From the IMG/VR virus record IMGVR_UViG_3300021140_000485: a stretch of DNA of 64,000 nt; one strand, given 5' to 3'. Source of the DNA: a virus. Lineage: Duplodnaviria; Heunggongvirae; Uroviricota; Caudoviricetes. Each line of letters begins with the position of its first letter. Within the stretch, counting starts at the first letter, position 1. Shown one piece after another: positions 46,021-55,892 of the stretch. The translations under genes and the position numbers were made by a program. The notes beneath the pieces are model-generated. The model was not told the DNA's origin. It ran no database searches and saw nothing but the letters and a program-made list of their open reading frames with translations.

Positions 46021-49000
46021 TTAATTTCTTTCAACCTTTTCTTCTAAATTTGTTAATAGAGAATCCAAGTCATCAATAAATACTTGTTGCTCTTTTATGG
46101 CTTCTACTAAATAAGCGTTAAGTGAGGTATAGTTTAAACTATAATAACCGCCACCCCTTAATTCAATTATATCTGGTATTACACTTCTAACTTCTTGTGC
46201 AATAAAACCAAACGAGTGTAGTTTACCATCTCGTTTCATTGCCTCATAGTTGGGGTCTAATTCGTTCCAATCAAATTCAACAGGATTTAATTGTAAAACA
46301 CTTTCTAACGAGTTTTCAATAGTAGTAATTTCTTGTTTTAAACTAATATCTGAAGGACAAGTATTAGGAACACCAATAATTAAACAACCTCCTGTGTCTA
46401 GGTCGTAATAAAGTGATGATAAGTCATACCATACGGGAGCAGGTAAAGGAGTTACACAACTAAGATTTGCACAGTCAGTCGCATTTTCAAACACAGATGT
46501 GTTGTTAGTCCAAGTAGTAATATCGTCTGGCGAGTATATGTCCCCATAAAATCCGCGGTTTAATGAACAAGCACTACCCGGGTCACCCGCATAATAACCT
46601 GAATATTGAAAACAAGATGCTGATGGTGGTCCTGCCGGTCCTGGCGCTCCAGGAGCACCCTGAGCACCTTGTGGTCCCGTATCACCTTGAGCTCCCGTAG
46701 CACCTGTTAGTCCGTCGGCACCTGCAGGTCCTGGTGCTCCTTGAGCACCTTGTGTTAACCCTTGTGCACCTTGTGGTCCTTGAGCGCCTTGTGCACCTTG
46801 TGGTCCTTTTGCACCTGTAGGTCCTGGTGCTCCTTGTGCACCTAATGGACCGGCACCTCTAAGTTCCCCTATTCCCCCTTGAGCCCCCTGAGCACCTGAT
46901 GGTACAATTGGTGTAGGTCCTTGAGCACCTTGTGCACCTTGTCCTCCACCTGCTCCTTGAGCTCCTTGGAATCCAAGAGGTCCTTGAGCACCTTGAGTAG
47001 CACCTGTTGGTCCTTGAGCCCCTGTAGCACCTTGTGGTCCAGGAAGTCCAGCAATTCCTTGTGTTCCAACATTTCCTTGAGCACCTGTAGGTCCGGGAGA
47101 ACCTTGAGCACCTGTTGCACCGATATTTCCAATAGGACCAGGACCTGTTCCTTGAGCTCCTTGTGGTCCTTGAACACCAGGAAATCCTGTGTTTCCTTGT
47201 GCACCTGTGGCACCTGTTGCACCTGTTGGTCCAACATCTCCTTGTGAACCTTGAAATCCAAAAGTACCGGTACCACCACCAGCACCTGTATTTCCAACAT
47301 CACCTTGTGCACCTGAAAAACCTGTGGCACCTTGAGCTCCTTGAGAACCTGTAGGCCCAACCGGACCTGTTGCTCCACCCGCTCCTTGAGAACCTTGAGC
47401 TCCTGTAGCACCAGTATTTCCAACATTACCTTGTGAACCTTGAGCTCCTTGAGCCCCTTGTGGTCCTCCTCCTCCCACAGGACCCGCAAAACCTGGAAAT
47501 CCTGTAGAACCTTGAGAACCTTGAGCTCCTTGAGCCCCTTGTGGTCCAACGGCCCCTTGAGAACCCTGAGCTCCTTGAGCTCCTTGAGCACCTATTGTAC
47601 CTGAATTACCTGTTGGCCCAAAGACTCCTACCGTTCCTTGAGCTCCTTGTGCTCCTTGTGGTCCTCCTGAACCTTGTGGACCTCGAGCCCCTTGTGAACC
47701 CTGAGCACCTTGTGCTCCTTGTGCACCCACATTACCTGTAGGTCCAACGGCTCCTTGTGAACCCTGAGCACCTTGTGCTCCTTGTGCACCTTGGTTACCT
47801 GTAGGTCCAACGGCTCCTTGTGAACCTGTATTACCTTGAGCTCCTTGGTTACCGGTATTTCCTTGGGCTCCTGTATGTCCTGTTGAACCTTGTGCTCCTT
47901 GAGCTCCTGTTGCACCTCCATTACCTGTTGGTCCAACCGCTCCTTGGAAACCTGTGTTACCTTGTGCTCCTTGATTACCTGTGTTTCCTTGTGCACCTGT
48001 ATGTCCTGTTGAGCCCTGAGCACCTTGTGCACCTGTTGCCCCACCATTACCTGTAGGCCCTACATTACCTTGTGAACCTTGAGCCCCTTGTGCCCCTTGA
48101 GCCCCTTGAGCCCCTTGTGGTCCTACATTACCTTGTGAACCTTGTGCTCCTTGTGCTCCTTGTGGTCCTGTTGAACCTGTTGGTCCGACATTACCCTGAG
48201 CTCCCTGATTACCTTGAGCACCTGTTGGCCCCACGTTTCCTTGTGCACCTGTGTGTCCTGTTGAACCCTGAGCACCTTGTGCTCCTGTAGCTCCCGCATT
48301 ACCTGTTGGTCCTACGTTACCCTGAGAACCTTGATTTCCTTGTGCACCTGTATTACCAGTATTACCTTGAGCACCTGTATGTCCTGTTGAACCCTGAGCG
48401 CCTTGTGCTCCTGTCGCACCTCCGTTACCTGTTGGTCCGACATTACCCTGAGCGCCCTGATTACCTTGTGAACCTTGTGACCCTGTTGCACCTGTTGGTC
48501 CGACATTACCTTGTGCTCCCTGATTACCTTGTGAACCTTGTGACCCTGTCGCTCCTGTTGGTCCGACATTACCCTGAGCACCTTGATTACCTTGAGAACC
48601 TTGAGCTCCCACATTACCTTGTGCACCAGGATGTCCTGTTGAACCCTGAGCTCCTTGAGCACCTGTCGCACCTCCGTTACCTGTTGGTCCGACATTACCC
48701 TGAGCACCTTGATTACCTTGAGAACCTTGAGCTCCCACATTACCTTGTGCGCCAGGATGTCCTGTTGAACCCTGAGCTCCTTGTGCACCTGTCGCTCCTC
48801 CGTTACCTGTTGGTCCGACATTACCCTGAGCGCCCTGATTACCCTGAGCACCTGTTGGTCCCACGTTTCCTTGTGCACCAGGATGTCCTTGAGAACCTTG
48901 AGCATTTGCTGAACCTTGAGCTCCTTGATTACCCTTTCCACCTTGTGAACCTTGTGAACCCTGAGCACCCGTATTTCCAATGGCTCCTTGAGCTCCTTGA

Positions 49001-49284
49001 TTACCTTGGAATCCTGTTATATTTGTTCCAGGTCCTAACCAAGCACCTGTACCATTTAATACTTGAATTCCTCCAATAGTTAGATTATTAATGATATTAA
49101 TATCATCATACGCTTGGATACCACCCGATGACATTAATAATGTAGAACCCCACTTTATAGAAGTACCAGCACCATAAGGTCTGACCTCTAACCTCAAAGT
49201 TCCCGTATTTTCAAAATCAATATAGGGAATCCTTCCGGGATTCGGGACTAAATTACCAGGTACAATTGTTATATTTTTTGCCAT
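46021..49284 (-). CDS. Collagen-like fibre protein paralogue 3 with a Cys-rich linker and a C-terminal S74 chaperone domain.
   Basis: G-N-x / G-A-Q triplets. The C-terminus is '[13 protein letters not shown]...VEFDWNE...FGFIAQEV'. Confidence 0.85.
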   Translation of the reverse strand: MAKNITIVPGNLVPNPGRIPYIDFENTGTLRLEVRPYGAGTSIKWGSTLLMSSGGIQAYDDINIINNLTIGGIQVLNGTGAWLGPGTNITGFQGNQGAQGAIGNTGAQGSQGSQGGKGNQGAQGSANAQGSQGHPGAQGNVGPTGAQGNQGAQGNVGPTGNGGATGAQGAQGSTGHPGAQGNVGAQGSQGNQGAQGNVGPTGNGGATGAQGAQGSTGHPGAQGNVGAQGSQGNQGAQGNVGPTGATGSQGSQGNQGAQGNVGPTGATGSQGSQGNQGAQGNVGPTGNGGATGAQGAQGSTGHTGAQGNTGNTGAQGNQGSQGNVGPTGNAGATGAQGAQGSTGHTGAQGNVGPTGAQGNQGAQGNVGPTGSTGPQGAQGAQGSQGNVGPQGAQGAQGAQGAQGSQGNVGPTGNGGATGAQGAQGSTGHTGAQGNTGNQGAQGNTGFQGAVGPTGNGGATGAQGAQGSTGHTGAQGNTGNQGAQGNTGSQGAVGPTGNQGAQGAQGAQGSQGAVGPTGNVGAQGAQGAQGSQGARGPQGSGGPQGAQGAQGTVGVFGPTGNSGTIGAQGAQGAQGSQGAVGPQGAQGAQGSQGSTGFPGFAGPVGGGGPQGAQGAQGSQGNVGNTGATGAQGSQGAGGATGPVGPTGSQGAQGATGFSGAQGDVGNTGAGGGTGTFGFQGSQGDVGPTGATGATGAQGNTGFPGVQGPQGAQGTGPGPIGNIGATGAQGSPGPTGAQGNVGTQGIAGLPGPQGATGAQGPTGATQGAQGPLGFQGAQGAGGGQGAQGAQGPTPIVPSGAQGAQGGIGELRGAGPLGAQGAPGPTGAKGPQGAQGAQGPQGAQGLTQGAQGAPGPAGADGLTGATGAQGDTGPQGAQGAPGAPGPAGPPSASCFQYSGYYAGDPGSACSLNRGFYGDIYSPDDITTWTNNTSVFENATDCANLSCVTPLPAPVWYDLSSLYYDLDTGGCLIIGVPNTCPSDISLKQEITTIENSLESVLQLNPVEFDWNELDPNYEAMKRDGKLHSFGFIAQEVRSVIPDIIELRGGGYYSLNYTSLNAYLVEAIKEQQVFIDDLDSLLTNLEEKVERN

Positions 49285-49345
49285 CAGGGATTTTTCTACT
49301 CTCTATAAATACAATTCTTATGCTTTTTAGATAAACAAAAAACAA

Positions 49346-49627
49346 TTAAATAATATGTTTTTTGATTATATCAACAGCTTCAGTTAATTCATTATAGTCC
49401 CTATCAGGAGTATACATATGAGGAATGGTTTTTTCTTTAGTTTCTTCAATAATGAGTAATGCTGGTACAAAATCATTTTCTGTTAATTGTGAAAAGATAT
49501 CATACTCTTCTTCATACTCATCAATGTCTCTATCAACGAAGTCAATGTTCTCTTTGACTAACATCTCTTTGAAGTCAGTACAATGAGGACAGCCTTTCAT
49601 TGTATAAACAATAATTGTTTTACTCAT
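49346..49627 (-). CDS. Glutaredoxin/NrdH-like small redoxin (CPHC).
   Basis: 'VYTMKGCPHCTDFKEML'. 93 aa. Confidence 0.65.
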   Translation of the reverse strand: MSKTIIVYTMKGCPHCTDFKEMLVKENIDFVDRDIDEYEEEYDIFSQLTENDFVPALLIIEETKEKTIPHMYTPDRDYNELTEAVDIIKKHII

Positions 49628-49935
49628 TAGTTCATTAGTATTTCAGTTAATTCAGGTGTCGGCACAACTCCTGTTCTTGTCATATCAACTACACCATTTT
49701 TGAAGAGTTTTAAAGTCGGTACCGCTCTGATTCCCATCTCTGTTCTTACGAAGTCGTGGTCTGTGTCAATATCGTATTTGTATACAGGTATTTTTGTTTC
49801 ATTCTCAGATGTGATTTTCTCAAGTGATGATAACAATACTTTACAAGGCCCACACCAAGTTGCGTATAAATCTAAGAGGAAACTTTCCTTGTTATTTATT
49901 TTTTCTTTCAATTGTTCTGTCGTTAACTGTTCCAT
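49627..49935 (-). CDS. trx: Thioredoxin.
   Basis: 'LLDLYATWCGPCKVL'. Confidence 0.85.
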   Translation of the reverse strand: MEQLTTEQLKEKINNKESFLLDLYATWCGPCKVLLSSLEKITSENETKIPVYKYDIDTDHDFVRTEMGIRAVPTLKLFKNGVVDMTRTGVVPTPELTEILMN

Positions 49936-49944
49936 ATTCTATAA

Positions 49945-50253
49945 TTAGTTTTTTTTATTTAAAAGTGACCTTAAATATATTTCCACAACGTTCATTTTTT
50001 CAGGTAAGAAATAACACACAATACTAAATCGTGTATTACTATCCCATTCCTGTACGTGTAGATATATTTGTTCTTTTTTATTCGCCGAGTAAATCATCTC
50101 TCTAAGATTATTTGTAGGGTAACTATCCTTTACGTATACCAATTCAAGCTTGTTGAATTTTTTACCGTCAATATCAACGTTCCCTAAATTAAACTCTGAA
50201 AATATAACCCCCTCTTTTTGTTCAATACTTTCAATATACCTCGGTCTTTCCAT
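49945..50253 (-). CDS. Hypothetical protein.
   Basis: 102-aa ORF. Confidence 0.45.
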   Translation of the reverse strand: MERPRYIESIEQKEGVIFSEFNLGNVDIDGKKFNKLELVYVKDSYPTNNLREMIYSANKKEQIYLHVQEWDSNTRFSIVCYFLPEKMNVVEIYLRSLLNKKN

Positions 50254-50305
50254 AATATTATTTTACTACAAAATATATGAAAATAAAAAAGGGAGTAAAC
50301 CTCCC

Positions 50306-50593
50306 TTAATTTAAAAATATCTTACCGAAAGCATTTTCAATAAATTGTATTTGTTCTCTGTGTTTTTCTTTGTTCTTCTTAGGTCCACCATTCAACTTCA
50401 AACATATATCAATATATTGTGATTGTGTTAAAGTTATTTCTTCACCACTATCAAAGTTTTGTTGTGCAACCTTTTCGATTTCTTTGTAAAACTCTTCTTT
50501 CTTTTCTAAGGGAACAAGACTTTTTAAATCATCTTCATTAGAATTGAAAAACTTCTTAACTCCTGCAATGTAAATTTTTACATCAACACTCAT
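50306..50593 (-). CDS. Hypothetical protein.
   Basis: 95-aa ORF. Confidence 0.45.
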   Translation of the reverse strand: MSVDVKIYIAGVKKFFNSNEDDLKSLVPLEKKEEFYKEIEKVAQQNFDSGEEITLTQSQYIDICLKLNGGPKKNKEKHREQIQFIENAFGKIFLN

Positions 50594-50611
50594 AACAATA
50601 AAATTTAATAA

Positions 50612-51946
50612 TTATCTTCTTCCTTCTAACTCTGTGAAGTCATATAGACCTGGACCAACCTCGAATGCCACATCAGTGATTTCCTTAGGTAATACTATAT
50701 TATTTGAACCCATAATATTCATAATCATAATCTCAGGTAAAGTGGCAACACACGCAGGTATTGACTTAACCTCAGGACAATTTAGAACTGCAAAATATGC
50801 TAATTTTTTAAGTTCACATATCGCATCAGGAACACTAGTTATACACCCATCAAATGTAAGCCTATCTAAGTTTGTGAATCTTGAAATTGTATCAGGAATT
50901 CTAAATGTAATTGGTGTTCTAGTGTTTCTAGTTGAGATATTAATTTTGTGTATGTCGTCAGGTAATGAATCAAATAACTCATCCAAACCATACAACCCAA
51001 TAAACTTACCTACAGAACCAGACTCAAAGTTATCAATAACCAATTCTTTACCTTGGTGTGTTAAACCTTTAGCAAATTCAGGTTTGAAGTAATCTTTAAG
51101 TTCTGCCATAGGACCGTTCAAATACTCAATTAAATTAACACTACGGTCATCCTTATCCATAAACTGATTTGATTGGAAATGGAATTGGTATCTTTCTTTT
51201 GGTAATCCTGTTGTTGGAGATACATTAGTATCATTTGGATTATAGATAACATACAAAGGTCCGTCTTTAATGTATCTATCGAAGTAACTTAAACCAGGTG
51301 CTGAAGTACACCAACGAGTCTCTTGTTGATTACCACCGTAAAAACAAGCGGCTTCTTTACCTCTTTCTCCTTTATCAGATATCTTAATAACTCTCCAATT
51401 TTTACCCTCAAATCCAGATTCAGCACCAGGGTGTACTGGCGCAGCCTTTCTTTCGGCTTTAGTTGTTGTCGCCATAGTTAAGTCAAAGTCCTTAACAGCA
51501 TCGTATAAAGCTTCAGGTGTTAGTTTATTGATATCCCTCATTTCAAGAGGTAACTTACCTTTAAACCTTTTAAACTTGGTCAAATCCTCAGTCACTTTGT
51601 AAAGGTCTTCCATAAACCTTTCTCTCATAACTTTAACTTCTCTCTCGTGACCTTGTTCACCTCTTGGGATTTCAGTCTTAACGTTCATATAACTCTTAAT
51701 TAACCAAGGAGTGTATTCACCAACTTTAACTCGAGATAATTCCTCTTTTGATGCTCTTTCCAAATCAACATCATTTAAACGAGATGTTGGGTCGGCTTGG
51801 ATTAATTCGAAGAACTCTTGTTTGCTCAATGGAGCCTTTAAAGGTTTACCTTCTTTATCTTTTTTAGGTAATACAAACTTATCCATCAAAACTTCAAGTC
51901 TTGATTGTTCCAATATGATTTTCTTAAGTACGTTTGCGAACTTCAT
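50612..51946 (-). CDS. Hypothetical protein with a C-terminal leucine-rich-repeat-like region.
   Basis: The C-terminal roughly 120 aa has an 'L..L.L..C..I..IP..I..L' periodicity. The middle contains 'ETRWCTSAPGLSYFDRY'. Confidence 0.55.
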   Translation of the reverse strand: MKFANVLKKIILEQSRLEVLMDKFVLPKKDKEGKPLKAPLSKQEFFELIQADPTSRLNDVDLERASKEELSRVKVGEYTPWLIKSYMNVKTEIPRGEQGHEREVKVMRERFMEDLYKVTEDLTKFKRFKGKLPLEMRDINKLTPEALYDAVKDFDLTMATTTKAERKAAPVHPGAESGFEGKNWRVIKISDKGERGKEAACFYGGNQQETRWCTSAPGLSYFDRYIKDGPLYVIYNPNDTNVSPTTGLPKERYQFHFQSNQFMDKDDRSVNLIEYLNGPMAELKDYFKPEFAKGLTHQGKELVIDNFESGSVGKFIGLYGLDELFDSLPDDIHKINISTRNTRTPITFRIPDTISRFTNLDRLTFDGCITSVPDAICELKKLAYFAVLNCPEVKSIPACVATLPEIMIMNIMGSNNIVLPKEITDVAFEVGPGLYDFTELEGRR

Positions 51947-51992
51947 TATCTTACAAATTTAATAATAAATATACAATTAACCACAAATTATT

Positions 51993-52877
51993 CTAATAAT
52001 TCATTATAAGAATCTCTTCCCCCATATTTTGAGTTTTACCTTTGGTTGCCGCAGCTGCCTTGGCAAAAAGTTTTTTCTCCCATCGATACTTGTCTTCAGG
52101 GAACCAAGTATGTAGTAATTCAAAATCATAATAGGATAAACTGAATTTACCCTTAACCTCATCTAATACATTTGCCAACCTTTCGTGGTCGTCTCTATCA
52201 AAATCGTGATTTGAGTAGTAGTTCTCAGTTTTCCAATATGGTGGGTCCAAATAAATGTATGTAGTTGGTGAATCATACTTAGCAATTACTTCAGCAAAAT
52301 CCATATTTTCGACCACACTAATTTTCAAGAAATGTTCCACCCACTCAGGCTTAGATAACTTATCCCTAAATGTTAGATACTTTGACTTGTATTTACCTTT
52401 CAAATCAATGAACGAACTTGTTTCTGGTCTACTCCCACTAAACACTTGTGTTAGAACATATGCATATTTTGCCGCAATATTATAATCAGGATTATTAATC
52501 TCTAACCCGTCCGAAAATAATTCTCTCTGGAACTCCACAAATTGTTCTTTATAGATTGTAGGAGTTGTCTCCTCTCCAAGTTGTTGACAAGGAATTGAAT
52601 TAACAGCCTTGAGTAGTTCTTTTGGATTCTTAAGACAAGAAAATAAATTGTGATTCAATGGATTAAAGTCGTTGTAAACAACAGTTTTTAAATTAGGGAA
52701 TTTTTTTAAATCCATATTATAAAAACACCAAAACATTCCTCCGAATGTTTCAACATACGTTTCCATATCTGTTGGATAGAAATCAACTATCCATTTACCA
52801 ATCTTACTTTTACCTCCAATATAACTGAGCATAGAATTCTTTTTTACAAAGATAAGAATTAGATTCTTAAAAAGCAA
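51993..52877 (-). CDS. dam: Dam-family (D12 class) DNA N6-adenine methyltransferase. The likely true start is the internal 'MLSYIGGKS' at 52832.
   Basis: 'SYIGGKSKI' (motif I region) and 'YLDPPYW' (motif IV, DPPY). Confidence 0.8.
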   Translation of the reverse strand: MLFKNLILIFVKKNSMLSYIGGKSKIGKWIVDFYPTDMETYVETFGGMFWCFYNMDLKKFPNLKTVVYNDFNPLNHNLFSCLKNPKELLKAVNSIPCQQLGEETTPTIYKEQFVEFQRELFSDGLEINNPDYNIAAKYAYVLTQVFSGSRPETSSFIDLKGKYKSKYLTFRDKLSKPEWVEHFLKISVVENMDFAEVIAKYDSPTTYIYLDPPYWKTENYYSNHDFDRDDHERLANVLDEVKGKFSLSYYDFELLHTWFPEDKYRWEKKLFAKAAAATKGKTQNMGEEILIMNY

Positions 52878-52909
52878 CCCCCAATGTTAAGTTTTTTCAA
52901 GATATTGAT

Positions 52910-52954
52910 ATATGTTAACACAACCTTATACTTATGTTAAGAGAGTGTTAACAC
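52910..52954. promoter_or_regulatory. Two copies of the palindrome-containing motif TGTTAACAC, 24 bp apart, in the divergent promoter region between the dam gene and gene 52985.
   Basis: Direct reading: 'ataTGTTAACACaacc' and 'gagTGTTAACACtttt'. Confidence 0.4.
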
Positions 52955-52984
52955 TTTTCATAAACCAAAATAAATTAAAATAAA

Positions 52985-53227
52985 ATGAAAAAGTTTTTAT
53001 TGGTTTTAATGATGGGTTTATTATTCACACCATCATTCGCTCAAGGCGGAAAAGGAAAGAAGAAACACAAGACACAACAAAATACAGAAGTTGTGTCAGA
53101 AGTGCGACCAATTCATAGACAACGTTGGGTTGAAAGGGATGGTGAGTATTATGTCATCGTTTCAAGAACCACAATAAGTAAAGAAGATTATCTAAGACTT
53201 AGAGAGCTTCAGAGAAACAATCACTGA
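52985..53227 (+). CDS. Small secreted protein (signal peptide 'MKKFLLVLMMGLLFTPSFAQ').
   Basis: 80 aa, basic. Confidence 0.55.
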   Translation: MKKFLLVLMMGLLFTPSFAQGGKGKKKHKTQQNTEVVSEVRPIHRQRWVERDGEYYVIVSRTTISKEDYLRLRELQRNNH

Positions 53228-53264
53228 TAACAGTTTTTGTATGGGCGACAAGACGCTTTTTGAG

Positions 53265-53296
53265 AAAACCCCATCTTGCTACACGGGGTTTTTTTA
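53265..53296 (+). terminator. Intrinsic terminator (AAAACCCC-n12-GGGGTTTT followed by a T-run).
   Basis: Lies downstream of gene 52985..53227. Confidence 0.5.
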
Positions 53297-53522
53297 CAAT
53301 ATGATTGACTCCACTTACGAGGTTTTTTGAAATTAGATTTACTTGCCTCGTTTGTTTGAATATATTCTTTAATAATTGATTTAATTAAATCTCTCATAAT
53401 AATAAATACTATGGCTTGTCAAGATTGTAAAAAAGGTTCACCAATAAGATTAACTAAAAATCAGTGGTTGTCATTGATTGCCGGAGCATATATGGTTAGT
53501 GCTACGATATACACCACTTATG

Positions 53523-54458
53523 TTATTTTTCGTTGGCTTCTAAAGTAGCCTTATCGAACTTAACACTTAATTTAACATACATATACGCCCCGTTGAATCC
53601 TTTACCTTTTAATCTCAACGGTACGTTACTATCAAACACTTTAGGTGCGGCAACTTTCAATTCACCATCGGGATGTGGGATAGTATAATAATCCTCAGTT
53701 AAATCTTTATAATCCAATACGAGATTATAAATCAAATCATCCCCCATTTTTTGAAATCCTTCTGATTCAACAATTTCTATTTTTAAGATTAAATCTCCAT
53801 ACATACCTTGTTGGAAGTCACCCTTTTGGTCCATCTTGAAGAACTGACCTTCATCAACCCCTTTAGGTAAGTTTACACTTATACTTTCAAATTTCTTTGT
53901 TGTACCAACACCAGAACAATTACTACAGAATCTGGCTAAATTATACCCTTTACCCTGACATTGTGGACAAGCACTTCTAACTTGTTGTTGGAAGAATCCT
54001 GAACCAAGGATTTGAGTGATAGCACCTGTGCCACCACATCCATTACAACCAACTCTATCACCACCAGAACCTGAACAACTATTACAAGCAACATCTCTTT
54101 GGTAACTTAAGTTTTTAGTAACCCCCTTATAAGATTCTAAAACACTGACATCAACCTTTAAAACTTTATCAGGAACTTTTCTATGTCTTGGATTACCTCT
54201 CCCCCCATTTTGAAACATCTCTCTAAAAAAGTCCTCAAATTGAGAACCTGCAAAGGGATTGTTTTGTGAGTTAAGATATGATTCTTTTTTAGACGGATTT
54301 GATAATATATCATACGCCTCGGCGATTTCTTTAAACTTTTCAGCACCTTCAGGGTTTACATCTGGGTGATATTGTTTACTTAATTTCCTATACGCTTTTT
54401 TGATTTCATCGTCAGACGCGTTTTCAGAAACACCTAAAATTTCGAAATAATTTTTCAT
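53523..54458 (-). CDS. DnaJ/Hsp40-like co-chaperone (J domain plus four CxxCxGxG zinc-finger repeats plus a C-terminal domain).
   Basis: 'YHPDVNP' HPD motif. 'CNSCSGSG', 'CNGCGGTG', 'CPQCQGKG', 'CSNCSGVG'. Confidence 0.85.
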   Translation of the reverse strand: MKNYFEILGVSENASDDEIKKAYRKLSKQYHPDVNPEGAEKFKEIAEAYDILSNPSKKESYLNSQNNPFAGSQFEDFFREMFQNGGRGNPRHRKVPDKVLKVDVSVLESYKGVTKNLSYQRDVACNSCSGSGGDRVGCNGCGGTGAITQILGSGFFQQQVRSACPQCQGKGYNLARFCSNCSGVGTTKKFESISVNLPKGVDEGQFFKMDQKGDFQQGMYGDLILKIEIVESEGFQKMGDDLIYNLVLDYKDLTEDYYTIPHPDGELKVAAPKVFDSNVPLRLKGKGFNGAYMYVKLSVKFDKATLEANEK

Positions 54459-54469
54459 TCAGCTATTAT

Positions 54470-55111
54470 ATGAACTTCTATATTGTATTGTTTAAGGATA
54501 AGACTAAGAAAAAGATAATAAAGAAATTTTCTAATTCAAAAAAAGCCGAGGATTTTTATAACGAAATGTTAAAAGAAAATAAAAGTGTTATTTTTGAAAA
54601 GTTATTTGATAACGGGAAACCCTCAAAATACGACATTGGTTTATTGTCAGATAAAAAACCAAAATCAAATCAAATCTATATTCAAGATGAGATTGGTAGA
54701 AATATTAAAGTAACATTTGAGGATGATTCTTTTACCGCAATAAAAATATCACCATACAAAGTTGAAGAAACTATATTCGATATTTCCAATAATAAAAAAA
54801 TATCAATAACCGATTTTGTTTCCTTATTAAAAAAGGACGATAGTTTAAAAGTTATCTATCCTCTTAACAACAAAATTATATTGCAAAATGATGATAACTT
54901 AAAACTATTCTCATTAAAAAGTGAGAGTGAATGTATGAGGTTCATTGAGTGTTTATCTGAACATATCTACACTCAAAAAAGAAAAGATTGTATGTTTGTG
55001 AATGATACTTCCAAACCTCAAAAGAAATATCTAATTAAATTACTTTCAGAATATGGGTTTGATAAAAAAATGTTATACCGTAAACACACTACTTATCCTC
55101 GGTCAACATAA
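54470..55111 (+). CDS. Hypothetical protein.
   Basis: 213-aa ORF. Confidence 0.5.
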   Translation: MNFYIVLFKDKTKKKIIKKFSNSKKAEDFYNEMLKENKSVIFEKLFDNGKPSKYDIGLLSDKKPKSNQIYIQDEIGRNIKVTFEDDSFTAIKISPYKVEETIFDISNNKKISITDFVSLLKKDDSLKVIYPLNNKIILQNDDNLKLFSLKSESECMRFIECLSEHIYTQKRKDCMFVNDTSKPQKKYLIKLLSEYGFDKKMLYRKHTTYPRST

Positions 55112-55319
55112 AATGAAAATCAACCCCTGATATTTCAACAGTAAACTGGTTGTGATGTCTGTCAATTTCCCTGAATTTTCCAATCATTTTACTATAGTCT
55201 TCTTTATTTAATTCAAAAACAACTATTGTGTCACCTTCAGGAAAAAGGTCAACCAAATAATCAGACAGTAATGCCATCTTTCCTAATTCGTCCAGAGAAT
55301 TCTCTTTATCTTGCTCCAT
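55089..55319 (-). CDS. Hypothetical small protein.
   Basis: 76-aa ORF. Confidence 0.4.
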   Translation of the reverse strand: MEQDKENSLDELGKMALLSDYLVDLFPEGDTIVVFELNKEDYSKMIGKFREIDRHHNQFTVEISGVDFHFMLTEDK

Positions 55320-55465
55320 AATGTTTCTTTTGGTTTGACGAATAATTCATCTTTTTTTAGTTTTTTAAGTTCTTCAGCGAACTTAGTCTTTTCGTTGTTT
55401 AACTCGGCTTGGTCTTTATCAATTTCCTTCTTCAGCCAGTTCAACATTTTCTCCTCGTGGCTCAT
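55283..55465 (-). CDS. Hypothetical small protein.
   Basis: 60-aa ORF. Confidence 0.35.
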   Translation of the reverse strand: MSHEEKMLNWLKKEIDKDQAELNNEKTKFAEELKKLKKDELFVKPKETLWSKIKRILWTN

Positions 55466-55856
55466 CTATAATATCAAGTAATTGTGGTTTATCTCCAAAC
55501 TCAAATTGTAAGGTCTTTAAAGTGTCTAAATCTCTCTTAGCAAAAGTTTCTTTAAGTTGTTGTACCGCAAGATTGAATAATTCATCTTTCATTTCACGTT
55601 CCTTATTCAATCTAATAACTTTATTGATACCTGTAATTGTTTTCTCAAAAGATATTTCACTCATTTCACAGACAAAACTAATTCCTTTCATATTTTCCAC
55701 GCCAGAATCAAATGGAACAATACTACAAATCTCTTGAATTGATTTTGGTAATCCCCAATTTGAGGGGAAGGCTAAGTCTATAGACATATAAGTCTCAAGT
55801 TTTCTCATTGAGACAAAGTAACTCCCGAAGGATTCTATGTGTTGGTATAAGTTCAT
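55419..55856 (-). CDS. Hypothetical protein.
   Basis: 145-aa ORF. Confidence 0.5.
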   Translation of the reverse strand: MNLYQHIESFGSYFVSMRKLETYMSIDLAFPSNWGLPKSIQEICSIVPFDSGVENMKGISFVCEMSEISFEKTITGINKVIRLNKEREMKDELFNLAVQQLKETFAKRDLDTLKTLQFEFGDKPQLLDIIDEPRGENVELAEEGN

Positions 55857-55892
55857 ACTTGTAAAATATAGGTTAAAATATAACTAATAGAA

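Noticed and set aside
39749-48980. Dozens of 60-660-aa Leu/Lys/Ser-rich ORFs on both strands inside the collagen-like genes (for example 40856..42355, 43620..45608, 48312..48980, 40218..40850).
   Set aside because: They are alternative-frame read-throughs of the 9-bp periodic GGTGCTCAAGGT-type repeats. Their composition (LKVLKE..., SLSTLCS...) mirrors the repeat, and they lack independent starts and terminators.
53411-53548. A 45-aa plus-strand hydrophobic ORF (MACQDCKKGSPIRLTKNQWLSLIAGAYMVSATIYTTYVIFRWLLK) overlapping the 3' end of the DnaJ gene.
   Set aside because: It is plausible as a tiny membrane peptide, but it lies after the plus-strand terminator at 53265..53296, would need its own promoter, and overlaps a well-supported gene. 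Evidence is insufficient to call it.
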